This document shows positions 12,691 to 24,749 of a stretch of 64,000 nt of DNA, in pieces (position 1 is the stretch's first letter; the number at the start of each line of letters is the position of its first letter). The position numbers were made by a program, and so were the translations under genes. The stretch is from Basidiobolus meristosporus CBS 931.73 (taxonomy: Eukaryota > Fungi > Basidiobolomycota), in the NCBI GenBank assembly GCA_002104905.1, contig MCFE01000217.1, positions 60,918 through 124,917 on the forward strand. The letters run 5' to 3'. The notes under the pieces were generated by a model. That model had not been told where the DNA came from. It did no database searches and saw only the letters and a list, made by a program, of their open reading frames with translations.

Positions 12691-15600
12691 GAGTAGTGTA
12701 ACCCAACAGCTTTATGCCACTGTTCATTCACTGGTTCCCACACAGCCTGGTCTTCAGCTGGCACTGCAAGGTCTAGCATCTCATATGCCAGTCTTTGCAA
12801 TATATCCTTGCAATATTCCAGTGCATTTTCTTGAACACTGCTCTTGAAGAAATGCTGCAACCTCTTGGTGTGCCTATTAATGCTCAAAAGTTCCACTGAA
12901 GACATTGTGGTAGTCTTGCAAGCTCTTGGCATTGCAGCCTTGTCTGTCAGTGGAAACTCCACTCTGTCAACAGTTGAGGATGTGAAAGCTGTGGTAGATG
13001 AGTTGTCATTGTCAACAAGCTCATCTACCTTGCTGGAGTGTAGCTCAACCGGCTGCACTTCCAACTCTTGCAAAAACAGCTCTTTTCTTGTTGGTCATTC
13101 TTCTTGGCTATGATGGGGTTCAGTCTGTTCCTGCCTTGCGGCATTAATTGGCAAGAACTACAGTTTTTTGCATGCATCCCCCTCCCAGGCTTGGGTAGAC
13201 ATTTTTCCCTCTACCTTTTCCTTTATTACTGCCAGGTCTTTTACCGCTACTTTGTCTGAGTGCCAATTGTAAAGAACTACATTTGCTCCTGGTAAATTCT
13301 GCACTGAGGCATCTGTTTTGGCCTGCTTGTCCCTGGCAGGCACTCTTCTGGCAACCTAACATTTCTTTTCTGCTTGTTTTGAGCCCTCAACTACAGTTGT
13401 GACAGGCTTCTGTACAAGCAGCTGGTTTTTATCACTGCCAGGTCCTTCTCTGCTACTTTGACTGGGTGCTTCTTGAGTGGTACTACACTTTTTCTTTTGT
13501 TGTGCTAGTGTATCTGTGTCTGCCTACTTGTCCCTCATTGGCTCTCTTCCAGCTACCTGACATCTCTTTGATGCTTGTCTGGAGCATTTGGTCCTGCTTG
13601 GTACAGGCTCTTAAGGAAGCCAGCAGCTTTTAGCCATGACACCCTTGTTCTTCTGCCTTTGATAGTTTCTTCTATTCTTAAGATACTTAGCATACCAATG
13701 CTTGCCCAAAATCCATTTGCCCATTTGAATCCAGGATAATGCTCATGGAACAAGTCAAGTGCATTCTGCTTGGCCTTGAGTTTTTGATGGTCCCATGGTA
13801 TGCTGGCCTTAGGGTGATGGTCTGCTAGACTTCTGACAGCCTCTTGAATATTTCCCCACACTGCATTATTGCACTCAACAGCCTCACAGATCTTCAATGT
13901 CTTTTGATTTTTAGGCTTTGGTATACACACTGCATTGTCTCCCTCCCATGCTGCAATAGGTTTTTCTGTAGGCTTTATCATTGGGCACTGTTGTTGTGCT
14001 TCAGAGACTGTACAATGTTCCTCAGTTGTTACATTGGGATATGACTCAATTCTTGGCTGTGACATTGAGCTACTTGAGTTCCTTCTTTACAGCAAAGATA
14101 CTACTTTCTCTACCTGGAATATTGATTGCTCTACACATATTATCCACTCATCCTGTTTCTTGACTATTTCCTGACTTCTCTGGGCCATTGCATCAATCCT
14201 ATCAGCCACTGCACCTTATTGCTTCATTAATGCTTTGGTATGAGCTGACAACATACTTGCTAATATGGGTGGTGGTGATGTTATGATGGTGACGTGCTGG
14301 TCTTCAACTGAGGGTACTGCATTTGCTACATTCTCATCTGCCTGAGCATAATGGTCTGCTTGTAGCTCTACCAAAGGTTCTCAATTGCCTATTTAACTGA
14401 GAGCCTGAGGAGTCTGCATTATTACCTTCAATGGGCACACTGTCCACAGGGCCTTTTTTGGCTGGAGCCCTGCTTGTAGCACTGAATGTCAAAGCATGCT
14501 GTTGTCCAACCATTCTTCTGTTGCCATCAGTTGAGGGGTTTGTCTTACATTCATGTAGCTGCAATGTCACAAATACAAGACTGTCTTATGTTCACAGGAG
14601 TGTTGACCAAAAAGTGATATGTTAGCATTATGTTGTTGAAGGTCAAACTATTTGCTACATGGACAAGACTATTTTGACTCAACATCATAAGAGAAGTGAA
14701 AAAGACCATGTGGCTATTGTAGCAAGCCTCTCAGCCATGAAGCACACCAAGAGCATAAGAAGTATTAAAAGGATCACAGCCAGTGTTTTGCCACCCAAGT
14801 CATATTTGACCAATCCTTGGTCACTACTGTACCAACATTATCTTGCCAGCCAGTTGATCTGACAAAGAATGCTCACTGATGGGTTTTGAGCCTATCTCCC
14901 CTAACAACAGTACCATGTATGAACCCGGTCAAATCCCTATATGCAATGAGACAACACCTGCTGAAACAAATGCAAAGGATACAGTATGGGGCCAGGTGAG
15001 CCCAGTAATCCATCTACTGGTGAATGATGTAATGTTGCGGCTAGAGAAGTGGTGCGTTTCTACTAAAATCAGTAATGGGGGTTTAAGGAGTTATTACTAC
15101 TTCTTGCCAAAATCATATCAGGATGCAACTTACCATGTACATGGTACAAGTGGACAACCATCATGCAGCTGGCAATATATGATTCAGATACTGTCCTGAT
15201 TCCAGCATGTGCTAATACTTGCAAGACATTCACATCCAAAAATGCTACCATTGTAATGTGTCCAAATTGTCAGGAATCCACCACCATTGAGGGAAAACAG
15301 TATTCACACTCCAGATATATTCTGGTCATACCCTGTCTGAGGAAGCTGATGCAGCTCAACAGATATTGTAAAGTTATACAGTACTGCACTCAGTATCAAT
15401 CAAGTGCAAGCATATTCATTATATTTGATGACAAACATTACAAACAGCTAAGAAGTAAGGGCTACTCTGAAGATATGCATGACCCTGCCTTTGATTTGGC
15501 ACTTGATAAGTTCTCATTAGAAAAGTACTCTACCAGCAGATCCTGCTGGCCACTGATTCTCATAAATCTGAATCTGCTGCCCATCTTATGGTATCAGAGC

Positions 15601-17490
15601 AATAATATGATGGTAGTCTCACTGGTATCTGGGCCTAAATCACCATCCAACATGGATAGCTACCTGTATCCATTGCTGAATAAATTTTGTGTGCTATCCA
15701 GCAGGATAACAGTGAATGGCCATCATGTAAAAGTAATATTATTATCTGCATTAAAGATAACCCACCCATCAGCAAGATAACAGATTTTCTAGGCACAATT
15801 GATGGTCATGCTGTTGAATGTTTGAGATCCAGGGGATTTACTCCATAACTCACGCACATTATTATTACCCAAACACCAGCACTAAGACCATCTTCTTTCT
15901 ACAGAGAGAACATACAGAAGTCAGAATGTAGCTGCAGCAAAGTTGGCAGGCTATAAGCCATTGGCTGCAATATGGAATCAATTTGAAACTGGAGATACTT
16001 AAGATAGAGGGTATCTGTTGGTGCAAAAGCTTTCCACCGGGAGCAATGCATTTGCTCTTCAGTAATATCCCTACACTGATGACCAACTTGTAAATGGGGC
16101 ATTTCAAGCTAGATGAGCCCTTCACAATACCAGAGAAACTTGAGCAAAATGGCAAAATATTACAGAGTATCCACTACCCTAAGTACTTCTCACATGCTCC
16201 AATTAATATTCATACACATATGAGACAATAAAAATGCAAAGATTGGATGAACTGGATATGTATTTATTCAAGTGGCATTCTGAAGCCATTCCTACCAAGA
16301 GAACATTGGAAGCATTGGGAGTCATACATAGACATTGTGGGAATATTTATCCAGAAGCAGATCACCAATGCCAACTTGACACATCTACAGCTGTTATTCA
16401 AGGGGTTTGTGACAGGATTTGAGCATCTATACTACAATCAAAAAGCAGAACATAAAGATCTCTGCCACTACTGTATGCATTCACTACTCCATCTTGCATG
16501 GTGTGTGGAGAATATTGCACCTTGCTTCACCTGCTGGGAGTTTCCTATGGAGTGGATGTGTAGGGAGATAGGAAGACAAGTCAAGTTGTAGGTACTACCA
16601 TATCCCAATCTCATCAAGAATATTACCTTCAAGTCCATCATGGATGTGATGGGTTGGCACATGGAGGACAGCCAGGAGGAGTTGGAAAATACTGAGGACA
16701 AATGTGCACATGGAGACACCTATGCCTATGACATTAAGAAGCTAAGCAGCCCCAATGCATGGGTAATCAGTTAAGTAAAGCAAAGTTGGGTTGGGTGCGA
16801 CCAGCAACTAATTTTTATCAGGAAAACTCTACCAAGGTGTGGCGGATTTATCATGGCAACAAGCCAGCTTCTACACCATTTAATATGGGATTCATAAAAT
16901 AAAAGCCAGAGCACAACTATAATGGGGACTAGAATCCAATAGGGAGAAAGAATATATTGGCTAAATGCCAAGAAGTACTTTGTCAATATTCAGCAAGTAT
17001 TTGTGGCAGATGGCAGCAGCCAAGCATGTGTTTGCAAGATGTATATGTTACCAGCAGTACAAGGATTATGGCAACTTTGCAAGTGTAACACTAAAAAGCT
17101 GTAAAGTTGAGGTGATTGAAGTATATCATTTGCGGCAGGTGTGTGCATTTGTAGAGGTTAGTAAGCAGGAAGCCATATTTTTTTTTGATTCAAACTATAT
17201 ATGGAATGCCCAAGGTAGTAGAGGGTAAGCAAATAAAGAGGGGTGATTATACAATGGAATATATGAAATTGTGCAAGTGGAGGTAGAAAAAGAAAATATC
17301 ATTTTTAAATTGATATGGTAGCATTATACAGAACCAGCAGTAGACCAACATACTGCAAATATAATGCTATCAGAGTTTTACAGTGAGGCTTTCAAAATAC
17401 TGCAAGCTTCTTGCCATATAAGGCAATTGGATGTCCTGGCCAACTGGATCCACTTAAAATAGTTATAGAGCACCAGAAGACCGTAATAAT
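12690..17490. mobile_element. CMC/CACTA element copy 1 (ends lost): ORF-B on minus (~12690-14200), transposase on plus (~14650-17400)
   Basis: 15163..15780 LALDKF...SCWPLILINLNLLP...GPKSPSNMDSYLYPL is the Tnp2 core. 16247..16591 WICIYSSGILKPFLP..HW...HSLLHL..CVENIAPCFTCWEFPME is the CACTA C-terminal region. Frameshifts and stops throughout. Confidence 0.85.
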
Positions 17491-17505
17491 ACAAGGCTCA
17501 TAATC

Positions 17506-17855
17506 TGTTGCAAGAGTCTTCACGATATTGGAAGCAACCTGGGAGGATAAGTGTATTATGCAGGTTGTAGTTAGTGATTTATTGAATGTAAAAGTAGTAT
17601 TTATACTTTTACATGGTAGTGGCATTACAAGTATGTAGAGCAGGTCAAGGAAAGTCCCAAGAACATGTGTGCAAAGTTTGGTGCTGTATGGATAACTTTG
17701 AGAATGTTCATGTTCTGAAGACCTGATATTTTGGTGAAAATATTCCAAGTAAATCCCAACCAGGAATTTAGTCATTTTTCCCTAGGACTTGAAGGGAATG
17801 ATCTAAGCAACTAAGTTGGGTGAATATTTTGGTGGAATTACAAATTTTTACAATA
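17506..17855 (-). mobile_element. Copia family-A LTR with decayed PBS at 17494-17505; internal region absent
   Basis: 350 bp, similar to 6999-7346. The minus strand reads ...caaca followed by gattatgagcct. Confidence 0.8.
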
Positions 17856-17879
17856 GTTTCTGCCTGCTTGTCACTTGCC

Positions 17880-18620
17880 AGCACTCTTTCAGCCCCCTGG
17901 CATTTCTTTGTCACTTGTTTGGAGCTGTTTGCCCTGCTTGTGACAGGCTCCTAAGGCAGGAGCCACTTTTTGTAGTGGTGCCCTAGCTCTTTGTCTTCTT
18001 TTTATGATCATTTCTGCAATTCTTGAGATACTTTATTAACATTTTTATGCTGGCCCAAAACTAGTTTGTATATATGAATCTAGGGTATTGCTCATGGAGC
18101 AAGTCAAGTACATTCTACCTGGCCCTGAGCTCCTAATGGTCCCATGGTGTGCTGGCCCTGAGGCAATGGCATACTCAACTTTTTGTAACCACTTAATATT
18201 GGCCAACTTTTTATTGTTGCCCTCAATGGCTTTTGTGATGTTCAATGTTTCTCAGTCTTTGGGCTCTGCCATAAACACCACATCTCTCCCTCCCATGCTC
18301 TGATAGGCACTCTGTAGGTATTATCTTTGGGCACTGCTACTTTATCTCAAAGACTGTACAGTCTCCCTCTGCTGTTACACTAGGATATTGCTCAACTCTG
18401 GTCTGCAACACTGAGCCACCTGGGTTTCTTCTTTGCAGCCCAGATACTGTATTTACTACCTGGGATATTGATTGCCCTACATATTTTCCCTGGTCATCCT
18501 GTCCCTGGAATGCTTCATGATTTCTCTTGGCATTGTATCTATCCTATTGGTCACTGCACCTAACTTGCCCCATGATGCTTAGGTGTGAGATGATAGCATA
18601 CCTGATAATACTAGCAGTTG
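17880..18620 (-). pseudogene. Third, more diverged ORF-B fragment
   Basis: The minus strand gives WDH.ELRARQNVLDLLHEQYPRF...FWASIKMLIKYLKN, matching the ORF-B core at 13553..14065. Confidence 0.65.
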
Positions 18621-18774
18621 AGATGTTATGGCTATCATTTGCTAGTCTTCAACCACAGGTGCTGAGTTTACTAAATCCACATCTGCCTGTGCATTTGGGC
18701 AGCTTGCAGCTCTGCAGAGATTCCAGTTGCCATCTTGATTAAGAGCTTGAGGTGTTCTAATTATAACCTTCAGT

Positions 18775-21700
18775 CCCTATGAAATATATTTTGGTTTTGC
18801 AGGTGGATCCAATCCAGATCAGCCATCAGGACCCTGTTAGGAGACTGCTATAATACTAGCAATTTGGAGTTAGTGACCCTCCTATCAATCTTATAACAGG
18901 ATCACAACAGTGTTTTACTAATTTTACTACCAAATAAAGTGATAAAACTTCACAGGGTTTGATTAGTACTGTGACAATAATTGCATGGTATTGTAGCAGT
19001 CTTATTGAGCTCTACAACTATTGTAAATGGATCCATCTGGCCAGGTCATCTAATTGCCTTATATGGCAAGAAACTCAATGGTATTTTAACAAGCTCTGAG
19101 AAAAACTCTGATGGCATTATATTGGCAATATGGTGGCCTACAGCTGGTTCTGTATAATGCTACTGTACCAACTTACCCAAATGGTGTTTCCTTCATCTAC
19201 CTCCCCTTGTGCTAATCCTATATTCCACTGTAGAATACCCCTCTTTATTTGCTTACCCACTACTACCTTGGGTATTCCACATATAATTTGAATAAAAAAA
19301 ATATGGCCTCTTGCTTACTAACCTTTACAAATACATACCCCTGCCGCAAATGACATACTTCTATCACCTCAACTTTACAGCTTTTTAGTGTGATACTTGC
19401 AAAGTTGTCATAAACCTTGTACTGCTGGTAGCATATACATCTTTTAAACTTATGCTTGGCTGCTGCCACTTCTGCCATAAACACTTGCTCAATATTCACA
19501 AAGAACTTCTTGGTATTTAGCCAATATAGTCCTTCTCCCTATTGGATTCTAGTCCCCATTATAGGTGTGCTCTGGCTCTTATTTGTGTGAATTCCATATT
19601 GAATGGTGTAGAAGTTGGTTTGCAACCAAGAGAAATCTGGCATACCTTGGTAGAGTTATCCCATTGAAAATTTGTTGCTTGTTGCACCCAACTCAGCTTT
19701 GCATTACTTAGCTGATTACCCATGCAGTGGGGCTGCTTAGCTTCTTAATGCCATAGGCATAGGTGTCTCCACATGCACATTTGTCCTCAGTATTTTCCAA
19801 CTCTTCCTGGTTGTCCTCAATCAGCCAACTCATCACATCCATGACAAAGCAAAGGTAATATTCTTGATGAGATTGGGATATAGTAGTACCTGCAACTTGA
19901 CTTGTCTTCCTATCTCCCTACACTTCCACTCTATAGGAAACTCCCAAAAGGTGAAGCAAGGCGCAATATTCTCCACACACCATGCAAGATGGAGTAGTGA
20001 ATGCATACAGTAGTGGCAGAGATCTTCATGTTCAGCTTTATGACTGTAGTATAGCTGCTCAAATTCCGTCACAAACTCCTTGCATAACAGCTGTAGATAT
20101 GTCAAGTTGGCATTGGTGATCTGCTTCTGGATAAATATTCCTACAATGTCTATGTATGACTCCCAATGCTTCCAATGTTCTCTTAGTAGGAATGGCTTCA
20201 GAACACCACTTGAATAAATACATATCCAGTTCATCCAGTCTTTGCATTTGTATTGTTGCATATGTGTAAGAATATTATTGGAGCCTGTGAGAAGTACTTA
20301 GGGTAGTGGATTCTCTGTAATATTTTGCCATTTCTTTCAAATTTCTCCGGTATCTTGAAGGGCTCATTTAGCTTGAAATGCCCCATGTACAACCTGGTCA
20401 TCAGTATAGAGATATCACTGAAAAGCAAATGCATTGCTCCCAGTGGAAAGCTTTTGCTCCAACAGATACCCTCTATCTTAAGTATCTCTGGTTTCCAATT
20501 GATTCCATATTCTGGCCAATGGCTTATAGCTTGCCAACTTTGCTGCAATTGCATGCTGACTTCTCTATATTCTCTCTGTGGAAAGATGATGTTCTTAGTG
20601 CTAGTATTTGGGTAGTAGTAATGTGTGTGAGTTATGAAGTAAATCCCCAGGATCTCACACATTCAACAGCAATACCATCCATTGTGCCTGGAAAAACCAG
20701 CTACCTTGCTGATGGCTGGGGTGTCTCCAATGCAGATAATAATATGTGCTTCATGGCTAAGAGGCTTGCCACAATAGCCACATGGTCTTTTTTCTCTTCT
20801 CTTACAGCATTGAGTCAAAGTAGTCTTGTCCATGGGTAAATAGTCTGACCTTTGACAATGTCACGCTTTTATATCACTTTTTGGTCAGTACCCAGGTAAA
20901 TTTAAGACAGTCTTGTACTTCAGACATTGCACCTACATGAATGTAGATTTAATGATGACCCACCATAGTAAGCATTATACATAAAGCTGTGGCACCACAT
21001 ACACCCATATATGTAGCACTATTTGCCCTTTGGCATGAGCCAGCTTCATATATATGCCACCAAATATAAAGCACAATTGTCTGGTTCTCAACCAAACCCC
21101 TCAACTGATGGCAACAGAAGAATGATTGAACAACAGCTTGCTTTGACATTCAGTGCAACAAGCAGTGCTACATCCAAAAAGGCCATGTTGACAGTGTGCC
21201 CACTGAAGGTATTAATGCTGACTCCTCAGGCTCACAGTCAAGTAGGCAATTGAGAACCTAGGCAGACAAGTAGGCAATTGAGAACCTTTGGTAGAGCTAC
21301 AAGCAGACCATTATGCTCAGGCAGATGAGAATGTAGCAAATGCATTACCCTCAGTTGAAGACTAGCAAGTGGCCATCATAACATCATCACCACACATATT
21401 AGCAAGTACATTGCAAGCTCATACCAAAGCATTAATGAAGCAATTAGGTGCAGAGGCTGATAGGATAGATGCAATGGCCCAGAGAAATCAGGATATAGTC
21501 TAGAAACAAAATGAGCAGATAATATGTGTAGAGCAATTAATATCCAGGTAGAGAAAGTAGTATCTTTGCAGCAAAGAAGGAACTCAAGTAGATCAATATT
21601 GCAGCCAAGAATTGAGCCATTTCCCATAGTAACAGCCAAGGAATATTGTACAGTCTTTGAAGCACAACAACAGTGCCCAAAGATAAAGCCCACAGAAAAA

Positions 21701-23510
21701 CCTATCACAGCATGGGAGGGAGACAATGTGGTATTTATACCAAAGCCCAAAAATCAAAAGACATTGAAGATCTGTGAAGCTGTTGAGTGCAATAATGAAG
21801 TGTGGGGAAATATTCAAGAGGCTGTCAGAAGTCTAGCACACCATCACCCTAAGGCCAGCATACCATGGGACCATCAAAAACTCAAGGCCAAACAGAATGC
21901 ACTTGACTTGTTCCATGAGCATTATCCTGGATTCAAATGGGCAATTGGATTTTGGGCCAGCATTGGTATGCCAAGAAGCTATCAGTGGCAGATGAACAAT
22001 GGTACCATGGCTAAAAACTGGCAGCTTCCTCAAGAGCCTGTAACAAGGAGGGTCCAAAGCTCCAGTCAAGCAACAAGGAGATGTCAGGTAGCTGGAAGAG
22101 TGCCAATTAGGGACAAGCAGGCAGACACAGATTAGCCAGCACAACATTTATCAAGGAAAGAGTGTAGTACTATTCAAGAAGCACTCACTCAAAGTAGGAG
22201 TGAAGGACCTGGCAGTGATAAAAACTAGTGGCTTTTACAGGAGCCCATTACAACCACAGCTGAGAGTTCAAAACAAGCAGAAAAGAAACATCAGGTTGCC
22301 AAAAGAGTACCAGCAAGGGACTAGCAGGCTAAAACAGATGTGTCAGAGTAGAATTTATCAAGGAAAAAATGTAGTTCATTACAAGAAGTATTCAGACAAA
22401 GTAGCAGTGGAATACCTGGCAGTGATAAAGGGAAAGGTAAAGGGAAAATGTCTACCCAGTTCTGATATAGCAATGCATGCAAAAAAAACTGCAGTTCTTG
22501 CCAATTAACGCTGTAAGCCTGGAGCACACTGAATCCCTTCATATTCAAGAAGGATTACCAAAAAGAAAACAGCTGTTCTCACAAGAGTTGGAAGCACAGC
22601 CAGCTGAGCTACACTCCTGCAAGGTAGATGAGTTTGCAGGAAAAGGCAATTTATTTACCACAGCCTCCACATCCTCAATTGTTGACAGAGTGGAGATCCC
22701 ACGGACAGACAAGGCTACAATGTCAAGAACTCATAAGACTATCACAATGCCTTCAGTGGAGTTTAGAACATTAGTAGGCACACCAAGAGGTTGCAGCACT
22801 TCTTCATGAGCAGTGCTCAAGAAAATGCACTTGAGTGTTGCAAGGATTTATTGCAAAGACTCTTGGATGAGGTACCAGACCTTGCAGTGCTGGCTGAAGA
22901 CCAGGATGTGTTGGAACCAGTGAATGAACAGTGGCATAAAGCCATTGGGTTCCCACCAATGTTGTAGAACCAGAGCGTTACAGCAGATATACTTATTGAG
23001 TGGTGGATTTTAATGAAGTTACTTGTTGAATGTGGGGTTGGGCTTAATGTTAGTGTAGGGTATAGGGACTTGTATAGGCCAATACTGTTGAAAATATTGG
23101 ATTAGTTGGTAACATTCTGCAGCTAAAAATTTACTTAACAATTCTGGACTAGGCTAATTGAGGTACAGCTGAAGTTTCAACAGAAATAAATTGGTTTGTG
23201 TGCATGAAAAGTATGAGAAATGGTTGAGTCAGAGTATGAGAAAAAGGCAATAGCCAATCAATGCCCACAAACATAGGATGTGATAGAGTGTCTGGGATCA
23301 GAAAATGAGCAAATTGGCAGGGAACCAATCAAATGCCACTTATATGCCATTGTGATGAAAAATTTTGATAAGTTTTTTGTGAAAACTTGGGTGCAACTAT
23401 TTTTCAACAGTCCCTGGATGGTGTCCTGATGGGATCATTACCCCTTAGTCACTGGACTTTAACTTTGTGACAGCCTTTTGATGGGATCACTAAAATAACT
23501 TTTCATAGGG
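18775..23510. mobile_element. CMC/CACTA element copy 2 with CCCTA termini: transposase on minus (~19000-20900), ORF-B on plus (~21300-22970)
   Basis: CCCTATGAAA at 18775 and its inverted complement TTTCATAGGG ending at 23510 fit the CMCWR terminus. The internal sequence is the reverse complement of copy 1. No clean TSD is visible. Confidence 0.75.
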
Positions 23511-23699
23511 TAGAGTGCATATTGTGAACATGGCTTTTTTTTTATCTAGCCCTGCTACTTGCACTGAATGTCATAGCAAGTTGTTTTTGAACTGTACTTT
23601 GGGACTGTCTACAATGAGGTTTAATTGGGAACCCAACAGCTTTGCTTAATTTTTTGGTGGCCAATGTATGGAAGTGAGTCAAGCCATAGGAGAAATAGT

Positions 23700-24500
23700 G
23701 TAGTATGTACAAGTGCAATTGGTACACTACTCTATATATAATTTTTGTTATGGTAGATCTTCAATGATTCCAACGTACTTATAGGTGCAATGTCTCAAAT
23801 ATAAGGCTGGCTTAAACTCATATCTGTATTGACAAAAAGTGATCTAATAGTATCATGTTGTTCAATAGTATGCTGTTTGCCCTATGCACAAGACTTCATT
23901 GATTCAACACTGCAAGAGGAGAGAGAAAAGACCATGAGGCTACTGTTGCTTGACTTAGGAGCAACATAAGGACCCTTGTGATGAAAAATTCTCACCAAGT
24001 TTTTGTGAAAAATGGGTACAGCTTTTTGGCAATGGTCCTTAAATGGAGATCCTATGACATCAACACCCCTGAGTCAAAGTATTTGTATTCTGTGATGGCC
24101 TTTTGTTAGGATCATAAAATCATATCTTATTGAGGCTATGAAGTAATGCCCTCAGCATCAAACTACTTCTTGCCTAAGTCAATCAGGGATGCAACTTACA
24201 GTGTACTTAGTGCATATGGATGACCATCATGCAGCTGGCAGCATATGACCCAGAGACCATCCTGATAATAGCATGTAACAGTTGCATGGCATGCACATCA
24301 GAAAATGCCACCATAGCAAGTTGTCCAGCTTGTCAGGAATTTACTACCATAAGAAGTGAACATTGTTTACACTCTGAATATATTCCAGTCATGCCCATCC
24401 AAAGTAGCTCATGCAGTCTAACAATTATTGTGAATCATTAATGTACTGCGCTCAGTGCTAATCAGGTGTCACAATATATAATTCATCAAAAGCCAAAGCT
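23700..24500. pseudogene. Scrambled CMC fragments (transposase 5' region, terminal-like segment, core fragment)
   Basis: 23790-23950 resembles 14560-14720, 23975-24120 resembles 23350-23500, and ORF 24220..24441 resembles 15163 onward. Confidence 0.55.
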
Positions 24501-24749
24501 ACCTTAGCTGGAGGGAATTGGTTGGAGGAAAGCCAGTGCACTGGGAGCAAAACATTTGCACTTTGACAGTATCTCAACACTAGTAACCAAATCTCACACA
24601 AAGTACTTCAAGATCAACAAGCACTCAGAAATACTGTGGATATTTCAAAGAGTTGGCAACTATTGCATACAATTGATTACCCAAAATACTTCACACATGG
24701 TGCAATTGATATTCTTATTCACATTTGATGTGACAAATGTAAGGGCAGG

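Noticed and set aside
21241-21290. 18-bp direct repeat GTAGGCAATTGAGAACCT
   Set aside because: A local slippage duplication absent from the sister copy at ~14370-14395, with no evidence of function.
23510-23517. CACTC as the CMC terminus
   Set aside because: The opposite end matches only from CCCTATGAAA inward, so CCCTA is the better-supported terminus.
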